64,000 nt of DNA. It comes from Sulfolobales archaeon HS-7. Its GTDB lineage: Archaea > Thermoproteota > Thermoprotei_A > Sulfolobales > Sulfolobaceae. Positions 29,199 to 39,956 of the stretch are shown here, piece by piece; within the stretch, counting starts at the first letter, position 1, and every line of letters starts with the position of its first letter. The position numbers and the translations under genes are program-made. The DNA lies in the NCBI GenBank assembly GCA_019704295.1, contig AP024596.1:1184001-1248000 (forward strand), in the 5' to 3' direction. Below the pieces are notes generated by a model, which saw nothing but the letters and a program-made list of their open reading frames with translations, was not told where the DNA came from and searched no databases.

Positions 29199-29540
29199 AT
29201 GGATAAGTATTACTTCGCACTACTGGGAGAGGCGGGAGCGGCGGGAATAGCAAAAGCCTTTTACGTAAGGTTCAAAAAAGTTGAATTGAGAAAAGCCTAT
29301 GAGCAGGAAACAACCCATTGGGAATACTTTAGAAAGTTCAGGCGTTCCTCTTTGGAGTATCCCGTTTACTACGTCCTTTTCATCACAGGGATATTGATCT
29401 CGCTGTTGGGATTTGGCGTTACTAAGCGCGCAATAAGGAGATTAGAGAAAGCCGCGATAAATTTCTACGTAAGGAACTTTCCAGGCGATAAAGATATAGA
29501 GGCAATTCTTGAACAGGAAAGAGAGCATATGAGGATCTAG
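29199..29540 (+). CDS. Ferritin-like di-iron protein (rubrerythrin/COQ7-like) with a hydrophobic insert
   Basis: E..(GEAGA), ETTH, E..(LEKAAINFY) and EREH match the E/ExxH/E/ExxH pattern. Confidence 0.65.
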   Translation: MDKYYFALLGEAGAAGIAKAFYVRFKKVELRKAYEQETTHWEYFRKFRRSSLEYPVYYVLFITGILISLLGFGVTKRAIRRLEKAAINFYVRNFPGDKDIEAILEQEREHMRI

Positions 29541-29932
29541 AAATACTAACGGTTCCGCATAACTCGTCATTATGGGGATCTTTTTGAAGTTCTCACTTCC
29601 TCTTTAAAAAATAATCTACATCTTTAACCTAACGTAAGTATTTGGAGTTCTAAACCATAAGGATAACCCCATAGGATCGCCTTTCTGCTGCAACAACGGC
29701 TCCCAGACTAGTTTGTAAGAGCTGGGTAAACCCTGTGGGCAAGATCCTTGGACCATGAAGACCTTTCTAACGCCTCAAAGGAGTGTTACGACAATCTAAT
29801 CAAACTTCCGTCACACAGGTCTCATCGAAAGAGAGGAGATAGTAAGGCTAAGAGACATTTTCGACCAGTATAATTAGCTGCCCTTGTTCGCTGTAGGGAC
29901 TTTTTACCTAACTAGTTTTAAACCGAACTCAT

Positions 29933-30097
29933 GGGGCCGTTAACGTGTTCATCGCGAATTCAGTTTATTTAGATAAATAGAATGAATTTAGTTAAATACC
30001 ATCGTACGGATTGGGTAGAGATTCGCTCTTAACAATTTCCTTTGTTTAATCCCAATTTACCATAATTACAATTCTTAATGGAAACCTGAGTTGCCCC
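29933..30097 (-). repeat. Dispersed ~160-bp repeat, copy B
   Basis: GGGGCCGTTAACGTGTTCATCGCGAATTCAGTTTATTT...GTTGCCCC; closest to copy F. Confidence 0.75.
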
Positions 30098-30163
30098 TTG
30101 GGAAAGTCCTCTCATTAACCTTTGAGTGATGATCTTAAATACGGAAAATACTAGTTTATTTCT

Positions 30164-32359
30164 ATGTACATTGGTCAGCGAGTAAAGAGGAAGGAGGACT
30201 TCAGGCTAATAACGGGTAACGGAAGGTATATCGACGACATTCAAATTAACAATGTTCTTTACCTCTCCATATTGCGAAGTAATGTCCCTCACGCAAAGGT
30301 AAAGAAGGTCAATTATGAAGACGCGATGAAGCTATCAGGGGTAGTTAATGTAGTAACAGGCCTTAACTTAAACGTGGACAACAGGCCTAGGAATTTCCCC
30401 ATGGGAAAGGATGAGGTTCTCTACGTTGGTCAACCCGTAGCGGCCGTTCTCTCCACGGATCGTTATGTGGGATACGATGCCCTTGATCTCATTACCTTCG
30501 ACTATGAAGAATTGACTCCCGTTGTAGATATAGAACAGGCGATGACTAATAAGGTAAAGGCCGTTGAGGGAAGGGATAATTTAGCCTATAAAAGGACTTA
30601 CAGAGGTGGAGAACCCGAAAGTGCGTACAATAAGAGTGAGGTTAAACTGGAACAGGAGATAGAGATAGGTCGCGTTTATCCCTCTGCGATGGAACCAAGA
30701 GGACTTTTAGTAGAATATCAGGGGGACAGGCTAACTGTGTATGCCTCAACCCAATCCCCTCATTACATGAGGAGTTTCCTATTAAACGCTTTCTCAGATA
30801 TGGTTAGAGATATCAGGGTTATCCAAGCTGACGTTGGAGGAGCCTTCGGTTCGAAGCTATTCCCTTATCCCGAGGATTACATAGCCGTTTACTCTTCTTT
30901 AGTGACGAGGAGGTCGGTAAAGGTAGTGTTGCCGAGAAGAGAGGACATTTTATCTACATATCATGCAAGGGATCAAAAACACAGGGTTAGGGTTGGGGCT
31001 AACAGGGACGGAAGAGTAAACGCGATTATTGATGATGTGTTTATTGACCTGGGGGCGGCCTGGCACGGGACGTATTTAGCTGATATAGCCGCAACCTTAA
31101 TAACAGGTCCTTATGATATAAGGAATGCGTTAGCTAACGTTTTCGGCGTCCTTACAAACAAGGTTCCTTTAGACCAGTATAGGGGAGCTGGGAGACCGGA
31201 GGCTGCTTTCGTTTATGAGAGGGTAATGGACATTCTCGCTGATGAACTTAAAATGGATCCCGTAGAGTTGAGGAAAAAGAACGTAATACAGTCAACGCCC
31301 TACGTTAATCCTTTCGGTCTGAAATACGATAGCGGAAATTACATTAACCTGTTAAATAACGCTGAGAAATTCTATAGTCAAATGGAGGACAGAGCTAGGA
31401 AATTAAGGGAAAAAGGGAAAAGAGTGGGAGTAGGAATTTCCTTTTACGTAGAACAGAATAATTTCGGACCTTGGGAAAGCGCCTCGGTCAGGTTACTATC
31501 TAACGGAAAGATCGAGGTGATTATAGGGGCGGCTCCTCATGGTCAGGGTACGGGCACGGGGATAGCTCAAGTCGTTGCAGACGAATTGGGAGTAAACCTT
31601 GATGACGTTGATGTCATCTGGGGAGATACTGATAAGATTTCGAATGCTTTCGGAACATACGGTAGCAGGAGTCTGACGTTAGCTGGAAACGCAGCCCTCC
31701 TAGCGGCGAGGAAATTAAGGGAAAACGTGCTGAGACTCGCAGCCTCATTTATGAAAAGTGACGTAGAGGAATTACAGTATAAAGAGGGGAAAATAGTGAA
31801 TCCAAAGAGTTCAAGGGAAATGACGTTAAAAGAGATAGCTAGGAGAACTACGGGGGATCTAGGGGGAATATGGAAATACAAGGCTGAACCTCTCTTAGAG
31901 GCAACAGCTTCGTTCGGTATGGATAACTTTACGTTTCCTTACGGGAGTCACATAGCAATGGTTGAAGTCGACGACACTGGAAAGGTAACTATCCTTGAGT
32001 ACGTGGCATTGGATGATATAGGAGTGGTAGTCAATCCCATGCTGGCCGAGGGTCAAGTATTCGGAGGCATAATTCAGGGTTTCGGCGAATCCCATTTAGA
32101 GGAGGTAATTTACGACGAGAGCGGAAACCCCCTTACAGTGAGTCTGGGGGATTACGCTATTCCGACCGCGGTTGAGTCTTTCAACATGAAGTGGATTTAC
32201 AGTGAAGAGGGAAAGGCTAATTCCCCGCTACCTGCTAAGGGTATAGGGGAAGGTGCCACGATAGGAGCTCCGCCCGCTATTATAAGGGGAATTGAACGAG
32301 CTACAGGGAAGAGGAGAACAAAGATCCCATTGAGAATGGAGGATTTGTCCCCTTACTGA
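30164..32359 (+). CDS. Xanthine dehydrogenase-family molybdopterin large subunit (CutA/aldehyde oxidoreductase-like)
   Basis: RKED.RLITG.G.Y.DD, MEPR, GGAFGSK, YRGAGRPE, HGQG, GSRS and KGIGE motifs. Confidence 0.92.
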   Translation: MYIGQRVKRKEDFRLITGNGRYIDDIQINNVLYLSILRSNVPHAKVKKVNYEDAMKLSGVVNVVTGLNLNVDNRPRNFPMGKDEVLYVGQPVAAVLSTDRYVGYDALDLITFDYEELTPVVDIEQAMTNKVKAVEGRDNLAYKRTYRGGEPESAYNKSEVKLEQEIEIGRVYPSAMEPRGLLVEYQGDRLTVYASTQSPHYMRSFLLNAFSDMVRDIRVIQADVGGAFGSKLFPYPEDYIAVYSSLVTRRSVKVVLPRREDILSTYHARDQKHRVRVGANRDGRVNAIIDDVFIDLGAAWHGTYLADIAATLITGPYDIRNALANVFGVLTNKVPLDQYRGAGRPEAAFVYERVMDILADELKMDPVELRKKNVIQSTPYVNPFGLKYDSGNYINLLNNAEKFYSQMEDRARKLREKGKRVGVGISFYVEQNNFGPWESASVRLLSNGKIEVIIGAAPHGQGTGTGIAQVVADELGVNLDDVDVIWGDTDKISNAFGTYGSRSLTLAGNAALLAARKLRENVLRLAASFMKSDVEELQYKEGKIVNPKSSREMTLKEIARRTTGDLGGIWKYKAEPLLEATASFGMDNFTFPYGSHIAMVEVDDTGKVTILEYVALDDIGVVVNPMLAEGQVFGGIIQGFGESHLEEVIYDESGNPLTVSLGDYAIPTAVESFNMKWIYSEEGKANSPLPAKGIGEGATIGAPPAIIRGIERATGKRRTKIPLRMEDLSPY

Positions 32360-32527
32360 TCAGTATAGATACCCATAATATGTGTGGTTATGAACTTTTT
32401 TAGTTAATAATAACAAACTAGGGGGATTTAAAGGGAATAAGCATTTCCCTTTCTACCCATCCTTTATGAATTTACTTTATTTTATTGATTTGAAATTAAC
32501 TAATTGTTTGCGGACTCGGTCGGTTAC

Positions 32528-32678
32528 GCATTCATTACAAATTGTAATTTATGAGAGAATATGATAAAATATGGAAAATTTCTGAGTTTAAATCGCCGCA
32601 AGTCATTGAGGTACTATTGAATTAAATTTGTTATAATTACTGAAATAAACTGAATTTACATGGAGACGTGAATCCCCC
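32528..32678 (+). repeat. Dispersed ~160-bp repeat, copy C
   Basis: ...CTATTGAATTAAATTTGTTATAATTACTGAAATAAACTGAATTTACATGGAGACGTGAATCCCC. Confidence 0.8.
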
Positions 32679-33030
32679 TCTATCCTTGATAACGGGATTT
32701 TCCCGTTTTAGAAATTGTCTCATATTTAGTAAAATTGGCGAAACGTGACTGTCTCTTAAATCAGATGAGGACCTTCAGCATGATAGCGAGAAAGGAGCGT
32801 CCCTTAAAAGGGAATACAATTCAGTCACGCGATAAAGTGGTAGATTAGCTAGAGGTATATATCAAATTTCTTACTACTATAATAATGTCCTTGAGATGAT
32901 GCACATCTATAATCATCATATTATCATTGCTGAATTCTGGTTTGACTTGTGCAGTACACTGCAAAAGATCTATCGTAGGTTAAATTAGTATATTGCATAA
33001 GCTTATAAATATCAAGGTTAATTATACTCC

Positions 33031-34263
33031 GTGAGTGAAACAAGACAAGTGCTATTAGACCAGAAGGTAAGATTAGAAAGAAAATTTGAAAAGGAGATAA
33101 TTATTCAGAGAGATATTCCAAATCTAAAAAAATATCTTTCACAACCGAACGTTTTAGCGATACTTGGCGTTAGAAGAAGCGGTAAATCCACATTGGCTGA
33201 ATTGTTATTAAGAGGGGAGAATTTTGGATATGTGAATTTTGACGACGACAGATTAGTGGGGATTAAAGTCCAGGATTTACATAAGTTGGAAAAAGCCATC
33301 TACGAGTTATTTGGCGAAGTTAAGTACTTCCTTTTCGACGAGGTTCATAACGTAGAAGGCTGGGAATTATTCGTAAGTAGGTTAAGAGAAGAGGGTAAAA
33401 AGATAATAGTAACTGGAAGCAATTCAAAAACGCTCTCTGGCGAACTGGCAACTGCATTAACTGGGAGACATGTGAATTTCACCTTATTCCCCTTCTCCTT
33501 TTCAGAGTACTTGAGATTTAAAGGTGTTAAGATTGAGAAAATCAAGGATACATTCACTTCTTCCTCAGAAGGAGCGATTATGAGGGAATTGGAGAACTAC
33601 ATGAGAAAAGGAGGTTTTCCAGAAGTGTTGAAAATCTCTGATGACTTCATTTTCTCAATATTTTCTGACATAGTTTATAAGGACGTAGTAGAGAAGTTAA
33701 GAATAAAGAGGATCGAATTATTCAGAGCATTTACTGTAAACATTGTAAAATACTACTCAAATGAAGTTTCGTTATCTAGATTATCTAAAACATTAAAACT
33801 TAGTAATAATACAGTCGAAGAGTGGTTTAATGGGCTTATAAACGCATATGTAATAACAACGTCTGAAAGGTTCACTAATAAACCAAGGGAAGGCATGACG
33901 TCGCCAAAGAAAGTTTACGTAATAGATCCAGGTTTTATATCTTCAATAGCACTGGACGACTCAAAAGGCAGGATAATGGAAAATTTAGTTGCGTTACAAC
34001 TATCTAGAGTTGGAGAGAAATTATTTTATGTAAAGAGCAATAATTACGAAATAGATTTTTTTGTAAAAGATAAGGCAATTCAAGTTACCTATGCTTCAGG
34101 AAAAGACGAAATACCTAAAAGGGAGATTGAAGGATTAAATAAAGTAAAGGCAAGGAAAAAGGTCGTGATTACTTGGGACTATGAGGATGAAATAAAAGAA
34201 ATAAAATTTATACCTATATGGAAATTTTTACTTAGTACGGAACGTTACTTGAAGAGTAGTTAA
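33031..34263 (+). CDS. ATP-binding protein, AAA_14 + DUF4143
   Basis: GVRRSGKST, FLFDEVH, TGSNS, LTGRH, GGFPE, KVYVIDPG, ENLV and EIDF motifs. TTATAAAT box at ~33003. Confidence 0.92.
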   Translation: MSETRQVLLDQKVRLERKFEKEIIIQRDIPNLKKYLSQPNVLAILGVRRSGKSTLAELLLRGENFGYVNFDDDRLVGIKVQDLHKLEKAIYELFGEVKYFLFDEVHNVEGWELFVSRLREEGKKIIVTGSNSKTLSGELATALTGRHVNFTLFPFSFSEYLRFKGVKIEKIKDTFTSSSEGAIMRELENYMRKGGFPEVLKISDDFIFSIFSDIVYKDVVEKLRIKRIELFRAFTVNIVKYYSNEVSLSRLSKTLKLSNNTVEEWFNGLINAYVITTSERFTNKPREGMTSPKKVYVIDPGFISSIALDDSKGRIMENLVALQLSRVGEKLFYVKSNNYEIDFFVKDKAIQVTYASGKDEIPKREIEGLNKVKARKKVVITWDYEDEIKEIKFIPIWKFLLSTERYLKSS

Positions 34264-34267
34264 GCTA

Positions 34268-34428
34268 GGGATTTAGAGCTCTTTTGCGAGTTGTAATTCA
34301 GAGAAAGAACGATAAAATAAAGTGAATCGTTGAGTGCAAGTCCCTCACTGGTCATTGCGGTGGTATTGAATTAAATTCATTAAAGTTATTGAAATAAGCT
34401 GAATTCACAAAGGGGACTCCTATTGCCC
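34268..34428 (+). repeat. Dispersed ~160-bp repeat, copy D
   Basis: Starts 5 nt after the ATPase stop. Core GGTATTGAATTAAATTCATTAAAGTTATTGAAATAAGCTGAATTCACAA. Confidence 0.8.
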
Positions 34429-34721
34429 GTAAAGGGTAGATAACTTCTATAATTACTCTTAGTATGGGGGTAATAATGTCTTACTATGATCAAATCATTA
34501 GGAAAAAATCAGCGAAATTGATACTACTAACCTGACTCCCTTCATGTAAAAAATATAAAGATACTATATTTCCAAATCCCTGTATTAATACAGGTTGATA
34601 TGTGGGGTAATTTCGTCTCATACACATGGCAGATCTTCGGGTCTCTTCCTATCCCCTTGTATTATAATTTTAAATAAAACTGAGAAAAAAGAGTTAAAGG
34701 AATACTCAACTAATCGTGTAT

Positions 34722-34889
34722 ATGGGTGAAACAATGCAGCAGTTAACAAAGAAACATGAAATCAGGGCCGAGACGGTGGACATATCTAAACTACCGGAAG
34801 AGTACCTAAGAATTGAGTTTCCTGAAGATTGGAAATATAGGAAGAGAATAAACGCCTTAATGGACGGGACCTACTTCTATCAAGGCTAA
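34722..34889 (+). CDS. Small hypothetical protein (55 aa)
   Basis: MGETMQQLTKKHEIRAETVDISKLPEEYLRIEFPEDWKYRKRINALMDGTYFYQG. Below the track cut-off; TTAAAG at about -28. Confidence 0.5.
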   Translation: MGETMQQLTKKHEIRAETVDISKLPEEYLRIEFPEDWKYRKRINALMDGTYFYQG

Positions 34890-35549
34890 TTTTGAGCCTT
34901 TAATCTAATTCTTTGATCTAATTAAGGTAGTCTAGAGGTATGAGTGCAAGATATACTTTTTGTCCCTAAAAGTTTAAGCATTTTCACGTTATCCTACTCC
35001 TAAAATAAGGAGTTACCTTTTTATCTTATAGTTGATCGGACCTTTAGGGTCAAAATAAAACCTCTCATGAGGCAATGCAGAATTACCCTGACATTTAGGA
35101 ACAATAAGAATCATACTACAGAGGATGTTATTATATACAAACTAATAACCTTGGTTTTTAGGGTCTAACGAAGTATATGAAGGGGGATTAACCTTATTTA
35201 AAATAAGAAGGGTTGTGTCTACATAAATTAATAGTTACTGTGTGAGAAGTTAAATTATATTATCAGAACATGGTACAGTTATTAGCATCGTTTATAATAT
35301 CTCAAAATTGACGTGAAATATATTATCCGTCTTATTCTGAACTAGTCAAATTTTTTAAATAGTACCCACTAAAACTAGAAGTATACCAGTTGTTTATCGT
35401 GGATAAATTTAAATAATTTATCTAATGAAGGGATTTGGGGTAAGTACTTACATACATTCCAGTGTTAGCGAATATAAAGTCCCTTATAAGCAGATTGCCT
35501 CAATTTAGGAAAACATGATAAAACGAACAACAAACCTCATCTTTTTAAG

Positions 35550-35866
35550 ACGGTGTAAAGCATTTTAACTAGCTCAACAGCCAACTTTCTTGTGACCCCT
35601 TCTCCTGGTCAACTTATAAAGGAGCGGGAGCCGACTCCTTCTCCCGCAATGCCAGAGGGTGGCTACGAAGTTGAGTTTAAAAATAAGAGGACTAACATAG
35701 TTTGTCTCCTACCAAAAGGTTCACAACACAGGAAGTTACTTACACTAGCGTGCACCTCAGTCGAGTTGTTGAAGGAGTTAAACTACAGGAGGAGGCGACA
35801 ATTCTCCGCGAGGGAAAAGTTGACTTCAAGCGAACGTGGGGGAAGTATTACGAGAAGTGCAAGTAA
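35550..35866 (+). mobile_element. tnpB: IS200/IS605-family tnpB 5' remnant
   Basis: KRTNIVCLLPKGSQHRKL..ELNYRRRRQF, then frameshifted EGKVDFKRTWGKYYEKCK*. This matches the Sulfolobales TnpB N-terminus. RuvC is absent. Confidence 0.75.
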
Positions 35867-35959
35867 CGTGAGTGATTATAAATTAATTTACAGTTATCTC
35901 CTATACTCATGTAGTTTTAGTGTGTAAGATTTTGAGTTTACTACCATAGCTAAGTTATT

Positions 35960-37783
35960 TTACTTGAACACGAGAACGCCTTTTGGCGGAAGCGATGTCT
36001 TTCCATCTACAACTGTACCGTTTCCCGCTATAATAGACTTGCCGTCAATAATATCGTTTTGGATAACCGTGGTATCGTATGAGTGATTTATGAGAATGAG
36101 AAGCTTTTCCCCACTTCTTTCCATCTCTATCGTCTCCACATGGGGGACAACGGTTTTAATTGGACTTATCCCTGCGCTCCTCAATAAACTATCATAAACT
36201 GTTAGTAATTCCCACTGCATATTCTCCGACATAGTGGAAACCAATTCGAAAGGTAGTAGGGATAGGAAGGCCTTTCCGTTATATGTTATAATGGGTCTAC
36301 CTTCCACGTCTGTGGCTATGACTTCAGCGTCCACTGGTCTTACCTCGTACGTGTAGATAGGTGTCGGAAGTTCAACCGTTAAAACCTCATTTTGCAGCCT
36401 TATCTCGATCTTCCCCTCATATTTCCTTCCGTAGGTTCCGGCTTTTGAGGCGTTTTCTACTCCAAAAAGTTCCTCCCATAAATGAGTTAATGCGTCGTGA
36501 GCTGAATAAACTAGATTAGGTATGTATTTAAATGTAGAGACGTAGAGCCTCGCATTTGAGTTAATTATCTTCCTCCACGTGGTGGTTTTAAGAACAGGAA
36601 TTGAGGGTGCGATTATAACTCCAACATCGGTCAACTCCTCGTCTTCATTAAAGGTTCGAGGATTTATCCCTAGGGAGTTTAGGAAGCTGATCGATGTAGT
36701 TAAAGGACCGGGAATTCTAAAGAGAAATTCATAGCTCCTATTAGGCAGTTCGTATTTCCTGTAATTTGGTATAATGATTCCCACACGACTTAACTTTGGG
36801 AGAAAATCTTCTCCTACTTTAACTAGCTCTTGATGAAACTTATAGAAGCTTTTGACCGAGGGTTTCTCCTTTCCATTTACATCAATAAGGCCAAAGTTAA
36901 GTTCAAGTGGCTTCCATAAATAGGGAGGATCTGCTTCATGTGTAAAATCTGAAAAACACCAAGCTAACGCCCCGGCTGCCCCGTGTCCATATGAGCTCCA
37001 GAGAACTTCGTAAACAAATTGGGCGATTGATTCTTGGGAATATTGTGACGTGCTAAATCCAAACTCCTCGAGAACAACAGGTACTCTTCCACCCATCGAG
37101 TAAAGCTGAATAGTAGCTCCGTATACGTACCCGTGTCTGACAGGATCTGTGTCATACCTGTAGAGGTGAATTCCTACGTAGTCGGAATATTTTCTAACGA
37201 TTTCAGGATCCTGAAGGTATGAAAGCACGTCTCCAGAGGATACTATCTTCCCTCTTGCGGAGTCGTGAAGAGCTATCATGAGAGGTAGAGACTCCTCCAT
37301 AGAGGAAGGGTTTCTTACGAGGGAAAGCTCATTGCTGAGGAGGTAACCGAGGAGAGCGGGATGATCTTTTACCCTCTCTATTATGGCGTTAGAGAACTTC
37401 GCGAATTTACTAACCGCTTCAGGGGAGAAGACATCGTTGTTAGGGGCCCATGGGATGAACCAGTTCCTCCCGCTCATGTGCCCCACTATCATGGAAACTA
37501 ATACGTATATTTGGTTTTCCTTTGCGATATCCAGAAGGGTTACCAGTTGTCTAACCGACTTTTCATTAACATCTCCATAAATGGAATAAAAGTCTTCATC
37601 TAAGAGAAAAATTCTTACTGTATTACCTCCAAATTCTTTAATTTTTGAAAAATCCCTTCTTATTTCCTCCTCTTTCCAGTTTTTCCACATCTTTATGTTC
37701 TGCTCTCGTGGCCAGTAGTTTACCCCCAGAAGAAATTTCCGTTTACCATTAAAGCACAGCCCATTTCCACATATTTCTATCAT
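35960..37783 (-). CDS. GH5-type glycoside hydrolase (beta-mannosidase/mannanase-like)
   Basis: GVNYWP, VGHMSG, NE (acid/base), IHLY, LEEFG (nucleophile) and WCFSDF motifs; no signal peptide. Confidence 0.85.
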   Translation of the reverse strand: MIEICGNGLCFNGKRKFLLGVNYWPREQNIKMWKNWKEEEIRRDFSKIKEFGGNTVRIFLLDEDFYSIYGDVNEKSVRQLVTLLDIAKENQIYVLVSMIVGHMSGRNWFIPWAPNNDVFSPEAVSKFAKFSNAIIERVKDHPALLGYLLSNELSLVRNPSSMEESLPLMIALHDSARGKIVSSGDVLSYLQDPEIVRKYSDYVGIHLYRYDTDPVRHGYVYGATIQLYSMGGRVPVVLEEFGFSTSQYSQESIAQFVYEVLWSSYGHGAAGALAWCFSDFTHEADPPYLWKPLELNFGLIDVNGKEKPSVKSFYKFHQELVKVGEDFLPKLSRVGIIIPNYRKYELPNRSYEFLFRIPGPLTTSISFLNSLGINPRTFNEDEELTDVGVIIAPSIPVLKTTTWRKIINSNARLYVSTFKYIPNLVYSAHDALTHLWEELFGVENASKAGTYGRKYEGKIEIRLQNEVLTVELPTPIYTYEVRPVDAEVIATDVEGRPIITYNGKAFLSLLPFELVSTMSENMQWELLTVYDSLLRSAGISPIKTVVPHVETIEMERSGEKLLILINHSYDTTVIQNDIIDGKSIIAGNGTVVDGKTSLPPKGVLVFK

Positions 37784-38674
37784 TTAACTCACCGAAGACG
37801 TCAGTTTTTTTATTTCCTGGACGCTGACCTTACCCTCCCTCACGAGCTTAAGCAACCTCTTGAACTCTTCGGAAAACTCTTCGCTTCCCGTCAAGGTTCC
37901 AATTGCTTCTGACAGTACCTCTTCATCTAGGTAGATCATCTTAACGGACATCCCTCCGTCAATTGTGAAATTGACTCCAGAGATCCATGACGCCTTTTCC
38001 GAACATAAAAAGGATATTAAGTTAGCTACGTCCTCCGGATTTCCGACCCTTCCCGTTAAATGTTGTTTATGATCTAGAGGAGAAAGATCGCTCTCATGAG
38101 GAGGGTACTGGTATCTTGACGTGTCGATCCACCCCGGTGAGATTGCAACGACTCTTATTCCGTATCTGGAGAGACTTACTGCCATAGCGTGAGTTAACGC
38201 TATGACTCCACCTTTTGATGCGGAATAAGGCTCTGTGAACGGTTCAGATTGAAAAGCTCTTGTCGACGCCATGTTTACAATCACTCCTCCTGTTCTACTC
38301 ATAATTTCTCCTAAGTGTCTGGAACAAAGGTAGGTACCAGTAAGATTAGTGCCGATTACCTTTTGCCAATCGGCTATGGACTGTTCGAAAAACGGCTTAC
38401 GAAATGACGCAATTCCTGCATTATTGATCAGGGCATCCACTCTACCAAACGCAGAGTCGATGAATTTCTTTAACTCAATAATACTCATTTCATCAGATAC
38501 GTCAGTTTTCTTAAAGACCACATTAAGATTTTTTTCTCTTAGGTTCTTCTCCCTGAATTTTCCCGCATCTTCATCTATATCCGCTATTACAACCAGGTAA
38601 CCATCCTGAGCCAGTCTCTCGGTAACTGCGCTACCAATCCCCTTGGCACCCCCCGTTACAACTGCTACTTTCAT
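37784..38674 (-). CDS. Short-chain dehydrogenase/reductase
   Basis: VTGGAKGIG, NNAG, YSASK and PGWIDT motifs. Its stop abuts the GH5 start. Confidence 0.92.
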   Translation of the reverse strand: MKVAVVTGGAKGIGSAVTERLAQDGYLVVIADIDEDAGKFREKNLREKNLNVVFKKTDVSDEMSIIELKKFIDSAFGRVDALINNAGIASFRKPFFEQSIADWQKVIGTNLTGTYLCSRHLGEIMSRTGGVIVNMASTRAFQSEPFTEPYSASKGGVIALTHAMAVSLSRYGIRVVAISPGWIDTSRYQYPPHESDLSPLDHKQHLTGRVGNPEDVANLISFLCSEKASWISGVNFTIDGGMSVKMIYLDEEVLSEAIGTLTGSEEFSEEFKRLLKLVREGKVSVQEIKKLTSSVS

Positions 38675-39956
38675 AATTAAAATTAGGTTCATATGGAAAT
38701 AAAATTAAACCTCTTCTGTACCTCTTTAACTAATCGTTAACATCTCATATCCAGACCTAAAGGGTTAAGGAGGAAGAGTCCATAAGAGCTTTCTTGGTGT
38801 CTAAAGGTTTGTGGAAAATAATCTGACTTATCATCTAAGTGAGTATCACTCCAATCAAAAGTCCTGCATGGAATATCTTGAGCGTCATGTTCGATTCTTG
38901 GGTGTCTACGGTGCCTGTACAATCCTTATGGCAAACAAGCCCTAACTGTAATTGCGGTAGCAATTCGCAATCAAGATTGGAAATCTACGTTTAACACATA
39001 AAAAAGGGGTCCGTTAAAGAAGTTTATTTATCTCTTATATGCAGACAACTCTTCTAAAGATAATGTAATACAGGTTAAACTTTGGCAATAAAAAACGGCT
39101 ATCAACTACTATAAAGGTGGTTATTTGATATAGTGAGACTTCTGGCGGACCTTGCCTCTCCACTTAATACGGAATTTTCACAAATAGTCATTAGGATATT
39201 ATATACGGGTATATACACTACCGACCATTAACTTTATTTAAGAAATAGGGCATTACACGTATTGTTTTCCACTTCCCTTCCTCGCCCGCTTTACAGATAT
39301 TATGGGTTATTCCAGCCCAGATGTCCTTAGGATGTTGAGGTATATGTTGTAATTCCGGTCTATGACCTAATTACAATTACGATAGGCAAATATGCGATCA
39401 GCGATTGTCAAGTCCTTATCAACGTGTCCCCATCTAATACAAGTCAAGGCCGTATACGTTGAGATGACGAGTATATTCTTCGTAGTGCATCTTTCGAATC
39501 TACACTTTATAATACCCTGAGCCTATGAAGAGGAGCTCCGTGTAGCCTTATCCTACGAGGGTACTTAAGCACTAACAGCATGGCTAACAGGGGGAGTGTC
39601 CAAATTAAGGAGGCTATCCGCCTTGTAGGTCTAGGCTAGATAAAATTTTGCAGTATTCAGGACTTTTTCTAATGTTAGGAGTAAAAACAAAGGTTTTTCA
39701 TTCACATCACTCACGAAAGTTAACAACGACTTAGTTTTCTGGAGTTCGTGATATTCCCCTGCATTTCGGATAAGGTGATTAAAAAAACAATCAATTCCAA
39801 TATCAACCTCGCGCGATTTCATTAACGTTTGTTACGTAAAAGTACCAAAGTGTTACTTTAAGTTTTTTCCCCGACTATTAAACGTTATTTAAGTTGTTAA
39901 GTCAGAGACCTAAGGGAAAATAATAAGTTAATAAATTATCAAAACAAAACGGTAAT

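Noticed and set aside
30164-32359. Aerobic CO dehydrogenase CoxL (form I)
   Set aside because: The active-site loop is QYRGAGR, not AYxCSFR, and there are no coxM/coxS neighbours.
38720-39830. Possible IS or gene remnant between the SDR and the 609-aa gene
   Set aside because: Only short broken frames; no motif could be assigned with confidence.
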